From positions 1-60,064 of the IMG/VR virus record IMGVR_UViG_3300048818_000149: 60,064 nt of DNA; one strand, written 5' to 3'. A program made the translations under genes and the position numbers. Below the pieces are notes generated by a model. It did no database searches. It worked only from the letters and a program-made list of their open reading frames with translations, and had not been told where the DNA came from. The stretch's first letter is position 1, and each line of letters starts with the position of its first letter. The stretch is from a virus. This document shows, piece after piece, positions 8,642 through 16,561 of the stretch.

Positions 8642-8805
8642 CAGATGTCATGCCTTTCTGGTTGCCAAGTCCAGCGAGAGATCGGAAAGGCGAGATTGGC
8701 CATCCAGCGAAATGGATACGGGCCGCGTACCATAAACCAGCCAGGCATATCTAAGCGTGCCCACCAGCCACCTTTGCCCTCGAATACTGTGCGAGCTGCT
8801 GGCAT
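8641..8805 (-). CDS. Trp-rich small protein, 54 aa (below cutoff)
   Basis: Hand translation MPAARTVFEGKGGWWARLDMPGWFMVRGPYPFRWMANLAFPISRWTWQPERHDI. TGATG coupling to the RlpA-like gene. Confidence 0.35.
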   Translation of the reverse strand: MPAARTVFEGKGGWWARLDMPGWFMVRGPYPFRWMANLAFPISRWTWQPERHDI

Positions 8806-8809
8806 GTTC

Positions 8810-9283
8810 TCAGTCTCGAAAAGCTATGACGCCGCGCAGAGAGACGCAGCGCGTTCTGACTGCATGGCCATCGTTGCCGCTGTGCAGCATGATGTGGCCC
8901 GCAGGGCACTCTCCAGCGGCGATTTCCCCAACGTGATGCGGCCAGACGACGACGGCGCCGACTACTGGCCCGCTGGGATGCCCGTAGCTGATCCAGTTGC
9001 GCGCGAGATTATAGCTAGCGTCGCTAATGCCTTTGACTTGCCGCATGTACCAGCCGCACCAGCGACTGGACCTACCCTCGCCCACTGTGACGTGGGGGCG
9101 TTCGGCGTTCTGGGACCAACGTGGGCCAAAGGCCGTGCTATGCGGCCACTCGGGCGTCTTGGGCACACTTGACCAGTGAATGCGATGCCCGTGATGTCTG
9201 TGCGCGTAGTGGGCACTCGCTGGGCTAGCGAGGCCCGTGAGTGCCAGAAGAACAACTAGCGTGCTTAGTGCTTTCGCGTGCAT
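8810..9283 (-). CDS. Secreted NlpC/P60-CHAP-like peptidase (TIGR02594-like)
   Basis: Signal peptide MHAKALSTLVVLLALTGLASPASA. RWCGWYMRQ (Cys), VVVWPHHVGEI (His) and SGNDGHAV match the family pattern from memory. Confidence 0.6.
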   Translation of the reverse strand: MHAKALSTLVVLLALTGLASPASAHYAHRHHGHRIHWSSVPKTPEWPHSTAFGPRWSQNAERPHVTVGEGRSSRWCGWYMRQVKGISDASYNLARNWISYGHPSGPVVGAVVVWPHHVGEIAAGECPAGHIMLHSGNDGHAVRTRCVSLRGVIAFRD

Positions 9284-9489
9284 GGGGACTCCCCAGTTGT
9301 GACAACCACTTCATCCGTGGTGTCTTCGTAGTCCATGACCCAGTTGTAGAGCCGCTGGGCCTGTGCAATGTGAGAACTGAAGTCTATCGCGCCGCGATCG
9401 GCGAGTCTGAAGCACTCCAGTCTGACTGCGGCATCGTCCTGCGCGCTGATGAATTCGACGTTCTGCGTTTCGTCTGAGTCTTCTGCCAT
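9265..9489 (-). CDS. Acidic small protein, 74 aa; first gene of the leftward arm
   Basis: Open frame starting at the edge of the divergent region. Overlaps the next gene by 19 nt. Confidence 0.5.
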   Translation of the reverse strand: MAEDSDETQNVEFISAQDDAAVRLECFRLADRGAIDFSSHIAQAQRLYNWVMDYEDTTDEVVVTTGESPCTRKH

Positions 9490-9539
9490 AGAGCGTGCTC
9501 TCCTCTAGCGAAGTTGTCTGCGCCTGTCTGCGCGTGGTC

Positions 9540-9588
9540 GGGGCCAGCAGGATGCACGGGGGGACGTTGTCTGCTGGCCCCGCTTTTA
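9540..9588 (+). terminator. Strong hairpin with a 3' T-run on the plus strand
   Basis: ggggccagcag (9540-9550) / ctgctggcccc (9571-9581), 20-nt loop, followed by gcTTTTa. Confidence 0.4.
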
Positions 9589-9940
9589 CGCCGCGCGCTG
9601 GGAGATGTCGGGGGACGGGGCAATGCGCGACGCGGGGAGAGGATGACAGAGACTGGCGCGGGCGTCAAGCGGGGACGCACGGGCGGCACGGGAAAGGTGG
9701 CCCACAGACGCCGCGACGACTAGCGACTAGCTACGGCCATAAGTGGGCCGCAATGAAGTTTTTGTGCACTTCTCAGTGGGGCCCCCCCTACCCCCCCACG
9801 GACTGGGGGGTGGCTTGGGGCTCGGCCCCCCTCTCGGCGCGGGCATGGTGACGACCAGCATGGGCACCGGCCCAACGCGCCGACGCGCGACGCATGCTCA
9901 ACGCGCATGGCGGCACGCGCTAGGCGCATGCAGTATGATG

Positions 9941-9969
9941 TTGCGCGGTCGCTGGTCGCATGCTATACC
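9941..9969 (+). promoter_or_regulatory. Possible sigma70-type promoter for the rightward arm
   Basis: TTGCGC, 17 nt, TATACC, about 70 nt upstream of the first plus-strand gene. Weak match. Confidence 0.25.
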
Positions 9970-10036
9970 TATTGCACGGTTGGACGGGACGACGCGCGAT
10001 GCACCGCCCGGGACGCGACCGACAAGGAGACTATCA

Positions 10037-10594
10037 ATGACCGAAGAGACCACCACGCTATCCGCGCTCACTTGGGGCACCAAGGGCAGCGCCGACTATG
10101 TGGAAGTCGCGACTAGCGACATTCCGATCCCGAACCTGGCCATGCTGGCGTTGCAAGGCTTTCGGCACAAACTGGGCAACGAAGTCGCGGCCAAAGTGGC
10201 GGCGCATAAGAAGAGCGAAGAGGGCGCAGCCAAGGACGACGCGGCAATCGCCGAGTATGCCTCCGCGGCCCGCAAGGAGATGCTGGAGAAAATCTTGACC
10301 GGCCAACTGGGCGTGCGCGCAAGCGCTGGCCCGCGGCCGACTGGCGTCGAGGCCCTCAAGCGCAGCGTCACGATCGAGGTGCTCAAGGCGTTCCTCGCCA
10401 AGCACAATCTCAAGATGCCCACGGGCGATGGCGTTATCAAGGTCGCTGGTAAGGACATGAACCGCGAGGCGCTGATCGAGGCCATGTATCGCCGCGACAA
10501 GGCCAGCATCGACGCGGAAGTCACCCGCAAGCAAGCGTTCCAGGACGCGGCTGCCAGCGGCGCGGGCGAGATCGGCGACGTTTTTGCCGAGTAA
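10037..10594 (+). CDS. Hypothetical early protein, 185 aa
   Basis: ATG 10037 preceded by AAGGAGA. The upstream part of track ORF 9743.. is G/P/R-rich junk. Confidence 0.7.
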   Translation: MTEETTTLSALTWGTKGSADYVEVATSDIPIPNLAMLALQGFRHKLGNEVAAKVAAHKKSEEGAAKDDAAIAEYASAARKEMLEKILTGQLGVRASAGPRPTGVEALKRSVTIEVLKAFLAKHNLKMPTGDGVIKVAGKDMNREALIEAMYRRDKASIDAEVTRKQAFQDAAASGAGEIGDVFAE

Positions 10595-10617
10595 TTCGCC
10601 AAGATGCAACGAGAACG

Positions 10618-10645
10618 GGAGGGGCCAGTCGTGCCCCTCCTATTT
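10618..10645 (+). terminator. Rho-independent-type terminator
   Basis: ggaggggc (10618-10625) / gcccctcc (10633-10640), 7-nt loop, followed by TATTT. Confidence 0.5.
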
Positions 10646-10663
10646 GCATGAAAGGACAGCGTT

Positions 10664-10903
10664 ATGGCGCAGTATTATCCCGGCCAGCAGATCATAGCGC
10701 GCGACGGCGCACGCTATACGCTGACGCACTGGGCGGAGCTGACCTGGTGGGCAATTCGCACTGGGAGCGGAGCTTGTCTGCCGCAGCCCGTGGAGCCGCG
10801 CTATCCCAGCTGGGGCGGCGATGATGACCGGAGTGGAGCGGATCAGGCCAGTCGCACTGGCCGCGGTCGTCGGCGTGTTCGGGCCATGCGGAGCAATGCG
10901 TAA
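10664..10903 (+). CDS. Hypothetical protein, 79 aa
   Basis: AAAGGA upstream of the ATG. Composition is only moderately protein-like. Confidence 0.35.
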   Translation: MAQYYPGQQIIARDGARYTLTHWAELTWWAIRTGSGACLPQPVEPRYPSWGGDDDRSGADQASRTGRGRRRVRAMRSNA

Positions 10904-10945
10904 AATGGCCTGATGATGTCCCGGAGTCATGCTAACAATCTACCG

Positions 10946-11102
10946 AATTAATGTACCGGATTAATAATGCCACTATGCCTTTTCGGTCCTTTCTTCTATA
11001 TATTAATATATATATATTCTCTAAGAAGGAAGGGAGCCCACGTGGTCCACCTTTCACCGAAACGGCCGCCCATAGCCCTATTATTAATCCGGTACATTAA
11101 TT
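10946..11102. repeat. 157-bp palindromic element: 23-bp perfect inverted repeat around an AT-rich core
   Basis: aattaatgtaccggattaataat (10946-10968) is the exact reverse complement of 11080-11102. Pure A/T run at 10997-11018. Confidence 0.9.
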
Positions 11103-11146
11103 AACGTGTTATGGTCATTCCGCGCCCACCAGCGAGGAAAAACCCC

Positions 11147-11548
11147 ATGCCCATCACCGCGCAGAGACTACACGCGCTGCTTATCGAGCACGAAGATACG
11201 CTCGAACGCGCCAAGGCCCTCCACAACGTCATTCTCGGAATTATCAAAGGCCCCCAAGAGATCGAGGAACAACTTAGCGCCGAGAGCAAATTAGACGACA
11301 TTAAGGCCACGGTCAGCGTTCTGCTCAAGCTACCCCACCACGTCCATTTGCTAGAGCGGACAATGTATAACCGCAACGCCAAGCGCAACGCACGGGCCAA
11401 AATCAAGCAGGCTCACAAGCGCGAAATGCTCGGCACGAGCAAGAGACAAGCGCCGGGTTCGCCCGATCAGCTAGAGGCCCAAGTGCTAGAGGAACTAGAC
11501 TATGCACAAGCCACCACATATATCCCCTTGAAACATGTACCTAAATAG
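11147..11548 (+). CDS. Hypothetical protein, 133 aa
   Basis: Start at ATG 11147 (MPITAQRL). Weak resemblance to 16259..16561 (MPITQARM...). Confidence 0.55.
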   Translation: MPITAQRLHALLIEHEDTLERAKALHNVILGIIKGPQEIEEQLSAESKLDDIKATVSVLLKLPHHVHLLERTMYNRNAKRNARAKIKQAHKREMLGTSKRQAPGSPDQLEAQVLEELDYAQATTYIPLKHVPK

Positions 11549-11596
11549 ACCATGTTTCGCATGTGCCCCTACTAGCCCTAGGATCGGGCTAAGGAG

Positions 11597-12508
11597 ATGC
11601 ACTTGCTCTCGCGAAGAACCATTTTTGAATTGGTCGGCATCGTCGTTGGCTTCGGCAGCTTCTTGCTGCGCTACGCCAATAAGATTGCCAACGCGCTTCA
11701 GTTTATCGACCTGCCTGACGACGTTAAACAGGCGCTGATAGCAATGTCACAAATCCCGACATTGCTTGCGTGGCTGGCCTTCGTCGTAGGGCTACTTTGC
11801 CTTGGCTACCTGATACATGATTCTCATGGGAATAAGGTCAAGGCTCTTGCGACCAAGAGGGTGAAATTGCTGATTCTCGCCGCAACTTGTTCCATCGTTT
11901 GTCTCGTTGGCGCCGCCGCGAGCATCACTTGGTCTTATAGACTGTGGACAGTGGAACAGACTACCCCGACCGCCGCCACTGATGTTGCGCCAAATCCCGC
12001 GGCATCCTCAAACGCCGAGCAACGATCGGCTCAGGCCCCAGCGCAGAAGCCTGCACCTCTGCCTGTCCCCAAGCCAAAGGAAGAAAATTTAATTGGGAGC
12101 GCGACGTTGTTATTCAATGCTGACGACGACAGCTTGACCGTTCTAAAGTATGAAGGAATTAAGTCTGTGGCAGTTGAGCCCATCAATAATTTGACGGTTA
12201 TGCCGCAGTCTTACGTGGTGACTTTCATTTTCTATCCGCATCAAGGGCCATTTGATGTGCGGATTGATGGAGATGTTGGAGTATTCGGGCGGCAAGTTGG
12301 ATTATTCTATAGCGTAAGTCAAAACGATGATCGGTTTGTTTCTGTAAACGTCACAAAATCTTATATGATTCCGAGAACCCATCAGACCTTTTTTAGATTT
12401 TACCGACAAAACCAAGCTGCGCCTAGCGGAAATTCTACGGGCGACATCAAAGACAATCATGGTATCATTACGCAAGGTCAAACAGGCTCTAATAAGCTAG
12501 ACAAATGA
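11597..12508 (+). CDS. Three-TM membrane protein with Pro-rich linker and beta-rich C-domain (moron-like)
   Basis: Hydrophobic segments IFELVGIVVGFGSFLL, LLAWLAFVVGLLCLGYLI, LLILAATCSIVCLVGAAA. The 3' half is visibly AT-rich relative to the genome. Confidence 0.7.
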   Translation: MHLLSRRTIFELVGIVVGFGSFLLRYANKIANALQFIDLPDDVKQALIAMSQIPTLLAWLAFVVGLLCLGYLIHDSHGNKVKALATKRVKLLILAATCSIVCLVGAAASITWSYRLWTVEQTTPTAATDVAPNPAASSNAEQRSAQAPAQKPAPLPVPKPKEENLIGSATLLFNADDDSLTVLKYEGIKSVAVEPINNLTVMPQSYVVTFIFYPHQGPFDVRIDGDVGVFGRQVGLFYSVSQNDDRFVSVNVTKSYMIPRTHQTFFRFYRQNQAAPSGNSTGDIKDNHGIITQGQTGSNKLDK

Positions 12509-12705
12509 AAACCCCAGCGCATCTACAACGAAACGGACGAACAATTCGCCAGTCGTTACGAAGTCCGCCACTTTCGATTACAGAAATTGCGCGAACTAGA
12601 TGAAGCAATAGCGAAACTGCAAGTACAAAAGACCACCCACGAGTAGCTATGCTCCACGCGCGGGGCCACAACGCGCAAATGCATAGCTAATGTGCGCCGA
12701 CCCCC

Positions 12706-12734
12706 TTGCAACATTCGCGCGAACGTGCTACAAC
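12706..12734 (+). promoter_or_regulatory. Possible promoter
   Basis: TTGCAA, 17 nt, TACAAC, preceded by ACCCCC as at 19486-19497. Confidence 0.3.
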
Positions 12735-12804
12735 ACTCCTTGGCTCGCAACGGGCCGCACGACGCTATGCGTTCTCATGGCGAATACCCTTCGAGGATGA
12801 ACCA

Positions 12805-12999
12805 ATGCCGCGCAGGGATTACGTTCTCATCGCACACGCAATACGCGAGGCCATTGATACTGTCAGCTGTCAAGTAGACGCGCACGGGCCCTCGGTTCGC
12901 GCTAGCTTTAGTGCAGTCATTAAGGAACTGACTCGCGCCATGAAACGTATTAACGGCAATTTTGACGCTGACAGGTTCGAGACGGAGTGCTGGAAATGA
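12805..12999 (+). CDS. Hypothetical protein, 64 aa
   Basis: GAGGA 7 nt upstream of ATG 12805. Overlaps the AAA+ gene start. Confidence 0.5.
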   Translation: MPRRDYVLIAHAIREAIDTVSCQVDAHGPSVRASFSAVIKELTRAMKRINGNFDADRFETECWK

Positions 13000-14423
13000 G
13001 CGAAACGGATCAACTTACTCGCCAGCTAGACGTTGCGATCAGCACGCTCAAGAACGAGCGCGACGTTCGCTTCGCCAGAAGCCTGCGCGACCAGCACGCA
13101 AGCGGCACGAAACCCCTAAGTGCGAACCAGCTCTACTGGGCCAAGACGATGATCGAACGTTCAGGCCAACGCGCGGTCGAGACAACGTTCGCGAAAGTCG
13201 AGGATGACATCTTCAGCAGTGCTACTGCGCGCACTCCCAAGGCGCTATGCGATGTTGCCCAGACACTGTTGCGTCAAGGCAAATACCTTGAGGCCATTAG
13301 CGCGCAGGCGGAACGCCAACGAGTGCTGCGCGCTGACGCCAAGCAGGACGTAGATCACGCCAAGAGCCTCATGGTCAACGGAGAAGATCCGACCATAGAC
13401 GGCAGCACGCAGCCGCAAGTCGCTCCCACGACCGCGCCACGCCTGGTGCTGGAGGTCAAAGGAGAAGATCTCGAAGCGTGCCTCGCCAAGATCGTCACGC
13501 CCCAGATAGAGGCACTCGGCAAGCAGATCAGCGACGATGCCCAAGCGCGCCAGGAGGGCTTCAATAAAGGCGCGGCGAAAGTCATTGCGCAGCAGGTCGT
13601 CACGGAAGCGCTCAAACGCCTCGACGCGCGAGTGCCGAGACAGGTCAACATCATCATCACGCGGCCAGATGGCAGTACGCACACGGAGACTGGCCCACAA
13701 CATCCCCAGTACGAGGAACTGCTGCGTATGCTCAGTCTGCGTAAAGACGACGGCTACGTGCCGGGCATCTTTCTGGCTGGCGAGCGCGGCAGCGGCAAGA
13801 CGACTGGGCTGAAGAATGCAGCGAAAGCGCTCGGCATGACCTGGTACGCCAACGGCGCGATCAGCATGGCGCATGAGGTCCTGGGCTGGACAGATGCCAA
13901 TGGGATATACCACCGCACGCCGTTCAGAAACGCCTATGAGTACGGTGGGCTTTACACGGCGGACGAGGTTGATCGTAGTGATAACAGCGCCCTGCTCGCC
14001 ATTAACCCCCATCTGGCGAATAACGAGGCGGCGTTCCCAGACGGCATGATAAAGCGCCACCCCGACTGCATCATCACGGCAACGGGCAATACGTGGGGGT
14101 TAGGGGGCAGCCTCGAGTTCAGCGGAGCGTGCAAGCTCGACGAGGCCTTTCTCAGCAGGTTTGAAATAAAGCTGCCCTGGGATGTTGATGCCACGTTCGA
14201 GCGAAAGCTCGTGGGCAACAATGACTGGTATGAGTACGTTACGGCAGCCAGACAGCGCATTCGCGAGGCGGGCATTAAGTACACCATTGACTCGCGGGCC
14301 GCTATCGCGGGCGCGAAGATGGTCAGCCAGTTGGGCTATACGTTCGACAAGGCGGCAACGCAGACGTATCTGGCCAGTCTGAAGCCAGACCAGCGCCACA
14401 TAGTGCAGGGGTTAGCAGCATGA
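12987..14423 (+). CDS. AAA+ ATPase (MoxR/CobS-like AAA_5) with about 250-aa N-terminal extension
   Basis: Walker A GERGSGKTT, Walker B LYTADEVD, sensor region ATGNTWG and AFLSRF. Confidence 0.85.
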   Translation: MLEMSETDQLTRQLDVAISTLKNERDVRFARSLRDQHASGTKPLSANQLYWAKTMIERSGQRAVETTFAKVEDDIFSSATARTPKALCDVAQTLLRQGKYLEAISAQAERQRVLRADAKQDVDHAKSLMVNGEDPTIDGSTQPQVAPTTAPRLVLEVKGEDLEACLAKIVTPQIEALGKQISDDAQARQEGFNKGAAKVIAQQVVTEALKRLDARVPRQVNIIITRPDGSTHTETGPQHPQYEELLRMLSLRKDDGYVPGIFLAGERGSGKTTGLKNAAKALGMTWYANGAISMAHEVLGWTDANGIYHRTPFRNAYEYGGLYTADEVDRSDNSALLAINPHLANNEAAFPDGMIKRHPDCIITATGNTWGLGGSLEFSGACKLDEAFLSRFEIKLPWDVDATFERKLVGNNDWYEYVTAARQRIREAGIKYTIDSRAAIAGAKMVSQLGYTFDKAATQTYLASLKPDQRHIVQGLAA

Positions 14424-14641
14424 GCAGAGACATCATATACTATGAACTGCGCAAAGTTGTCATTACGGCCGTGCGGGCTGGTGAGTTCAGACTCAGCACC
14501 GCTGCGTGTCTCGACTGCGCACTGTGTGGTGAGAATATCGACGGCATGGGTGGTCCAGGCAATGCGCCGATATGCGAGCGTTGTGCAGGCGTTGTACGCC
14601 AGGGCGGCGCACGGGGCTGTATTAAGTGGGGGTTAGAATGA
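14420..14641 (+). CDS. Small Cys-rich (zinc-ribbon-like) protein
   Basis: CLDCALC...ICERC. ATGA overlaps on both sides. Confidence 0.5.
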   Translation: MSRDIIYYELRKVVITAVRAGEFRLSTAACLDCALCGENIDGMGGPGNAPICERCAGVVRQGGARGCIKWGLE

Positions 14642-15534
14642 GACTAGACTTCGAGGGCAAAGAGGACAATTACCAGTTCGTCGAGGCGGGCGACTTGGCC
14701 GCGCTCGCACAGACGCACAGCGCAAAGATCAAGAACTGGTCCAGCGGTTCGTGGTATGGAAACCACAGCAAGCAGACAGCGTTGCGCGCACTAACGCTAG
14801 GGGATGAGTCGCTAGTCAAGGCCAGCGATGAGTTGCTGGCCAAGCTAGAGGACAAGCTGCCCCACACGCGCAAGTGGCAAAGCCAGCGGGCGCTGACCGG
14901 CGGCCTAGTCTGCGTGCCAGAGTTCTTGACGGGGCAGCCAGAATGCATGCGCATTCGCCGCCGGATGGACAGAAATGATGCCCCAGTCACGATCTTCATG
15001 GACTTGACCAGTTCGGCTATGATACGCGGCGAGGACTTGCTCAAGCGGGGCACGGCTATCTTGGCACTCGCACGGGCGCTCTGCGAGCACAGAGTGGTCG
15101 AACTGTGGGGCGGGATAGCGCTGGGCGACGGCTCAGGCTATCGCAGCGATAGCGGCAAGGCCTGGAGCAGCACCTTCGCATGGCGTATCGACACGACTCC
15201 GCTAGATGTGGCTCGCGCGGCCTTCTTACTTTCTGCACCCGCCATGGCGCGCGGCATCGGCTACGAACTGGCCCCCACGCTAGGGGGTCACAAAAGCTGG
15301 TCAGGCAACTGGCCCTTCGGAGCCCACGACTTGCACGTCAGAACGCAGTCAGCGCGACTACGCGCCGCCATGGGCGCAGCCGAGATGCTAGTCGTGCCGC
15401 CAATCTACGGTACGGACCCACTGGTGACTGATCCACTAGGCTGGATCACGCGCGAGCTAGAACGCCTAACGGGCCAGGGTGCAGAAATTGGCTCTGAGGA
15501 CTGGAACAAGGAGGGAGATAGGAGACATGCGTAA
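14638..15534 (+). CDS. VWA-like protein (MIDAS-type DxSxS), partner of the AAA+ ATPase
   Basis: Start at ATG 14638 (ATGA overlap). VTIFMDLTSSAM fits DxSxS. The AAA_5 + VWA pairing is a known architecture. Confidence 0.55.
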   Translation: MRLDFEGKEDNYQFVEAGDLAALAQTHSAKIKNWSSGSWYGNHSKQTALRALTLGDESLVKASDELLAKLEDKLPHTRKWQSQRALTGGLVCVPEFLTGQPECMRIRRRMDRNDAPVTIFMDLTSSAMIRGEDLLKRGTAILALARALCEHRVVELWGGIALGDGSGYRSDSGKAWSSTFAWRIDTTPLDVARAAFLLSAPAMARGIGYELAPTLGGHKSWSGNWPFGAHDLHVRTQSARLRAAMGAAEMLVVPPIYGTDPLVTDPLGWITRELERLTGQGAEIGSEDWNKEGDRRHA

Positions 15535-15799
15535 TGCACAGCACGAACTTAGTCGGGCTCTTAGTGAACTCAAGTACTGGCAGCGTGAGTTGCGTTTCAG
15601 GCGCGAGGCCAGATGTCCGCGCACAGAGACCATTGCGCACGGCGAACGGAGAGTCAGGACGGCGATCCACTGGGTCTGCCACTGGCGCGGTGCGCTACGC
15701 AGCCCACAACGCCAGGACGTATGGCGTCGATGGCAACTGGATCACTGGAGCGCGTTCGTGGTGCCCACACAGTTTAGCGCACAGGGAGCAGGTCGATGA
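15527..15799 (+). CDS. Hypothetical protein, 90 aa
   Basis: GGAGGGAGATAGGAG upstream. Its stop forms an ATGA junction with the next small ORF, which favours this frame over 15534..15827. Confidence 0.4.
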   Translation: MRNAQHELSRALSELKYWQRELRFRREARCPRTETIAHGERRVRTAIHWVCHWRGALRSPQRQDVWRRWQLDHWSAFVVPTQFSAQGAGR

Positions 15800-15960
15800 C
15801 CAGACAAGAAGCTATCAATCTTATTGATAAGCACAAGAACGGGCTTCTCGATCCAGTCGAGATGCTCTCTTGGACCTGGCTTCGAGTCATCATTAAATAC
15901 GTGCCAGAAGAAGCTTGGGAGAGCGCACTGAAACGAGCTGAGGAGGTACTGTCACAATGA
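15796..15960 (+). CDS. Small protein, 54 aa (below cutoff)
   Basis: Hand translation MTRQEAINLIDKHKNGLLDPVEMLSWTWLRVIIKYVPEEAWESALKRAEEVLSQ. ATGA junctions at both ends. Confidence 0.45.
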   Translation: MTRQEAINLIDKHKNGLLDPVEMLSWTWLRVIIKYVPEEAWESALKRAEEVLSQ

Positions 15961-16211
15961 GCAACGTCATTCCCCACAGCAGGGCGCTAGAGTACCACGC
16001 AGCCGCGAGGCACGTTATGAGACTGGCCTGCGAGAAGGCCGTTATGCTGAACGCTCTGGGGCCAGATGTGGCCTATGAGCTGCAGCAGCGCGCCAGAACG
16101 AAAATGCACACGGGCGAGGTGAGGCTGGCCACAGAACTTGTGCTCCAGCTCAGCCACCCCACGCGAGAACGGCGACCACATTGTTTATCTGGAGCCAGAA
16201 GTGCTAGCTAA
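15957..16211 (+). CDS. Hypothetical protein, 84 aa
   Basis: Open frame coupled by ATGA. Confidence 0.45.
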   Translation: MSNVIPHSRALEYHAAARHVMRLACEKAVMLNALGPDVAYELQQRARTKMHTGEVRLATELVLQLSHPTRERRPHCLSGARSAS

Positions 16212-16258
16212 TCTCGTGGACTTCATCAAGAGTCTGCGCAGGGGAGAGGAACGCTGAG

Positions 16259-16561
16259 ATGCCCATAACGCAGGCCAGAATGCAGACAGTCTTGCTGGAG
16301 AACGAGTCGCTAGTGGCTCACATCGAGCAACTTCGCAGCGACGCGGAGATCATTGATAGCAGCGAGCTAGATGCTGTCACGAAGCACCAGCTCGTGATGC
16401 GGCTCTTCTTCGCCCCCAGGCCGCTGACGCCGCAGAGCAAAATCGAACGCCAGCACTTCGCCAAGTCCGGCGAGCGGAATAAACAGCAGGCTCGCCGCAT
16501 GGCGCGTCTGCGCGAACGTCAACAACTCCAACAGAAAGGGAACGAAAATGGCTTGGACTGA
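16259..16561 (+). CDS. Hypothetical protein, 100 aa, basic C-terminus
   Basis: GGAGAGGAACGCTGAG upstream of the ATG. Confidence 0.55.
   Translation: MPITQARMQTVLLENESLVAHIEQLRSDAEIIDSSELDAVTKHQLVMRLFFAPRPLTPQSKIERQHFAKSGERNKQQARRMARLRERQQLQQKGNENGLD

Larger units (their letters stand above)
9490..10036. promoter_or_regulatory. Divergent non-coding control region between the two arms
   Basis: About 547 bp without a credible ORF. Contains tandem TGTCTGCGC repeats, an 11-bp hairpin, and G- and C-homopolymer tracts. Confidence 0.6.

Noticed and set aside
9743-10036. N-terminal 98 codons of track ORF 9743..10594
   Set aside because: The translation is Gly/Pro/Arg-rich and comes from homopolymer tracts. 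A canonical AAGGAGA-N6-ATG at 10037 marks the real start.
15534-15827. Alternative plus-strand frame (97 aa) after the VWA-like gene
   Set aside because: The competing frame 15527..15799 has a strong GGAGG-type RBS and ends in an ATGA junction with the next small ORF. Only one of the two can be real, and the call remains low confidence.
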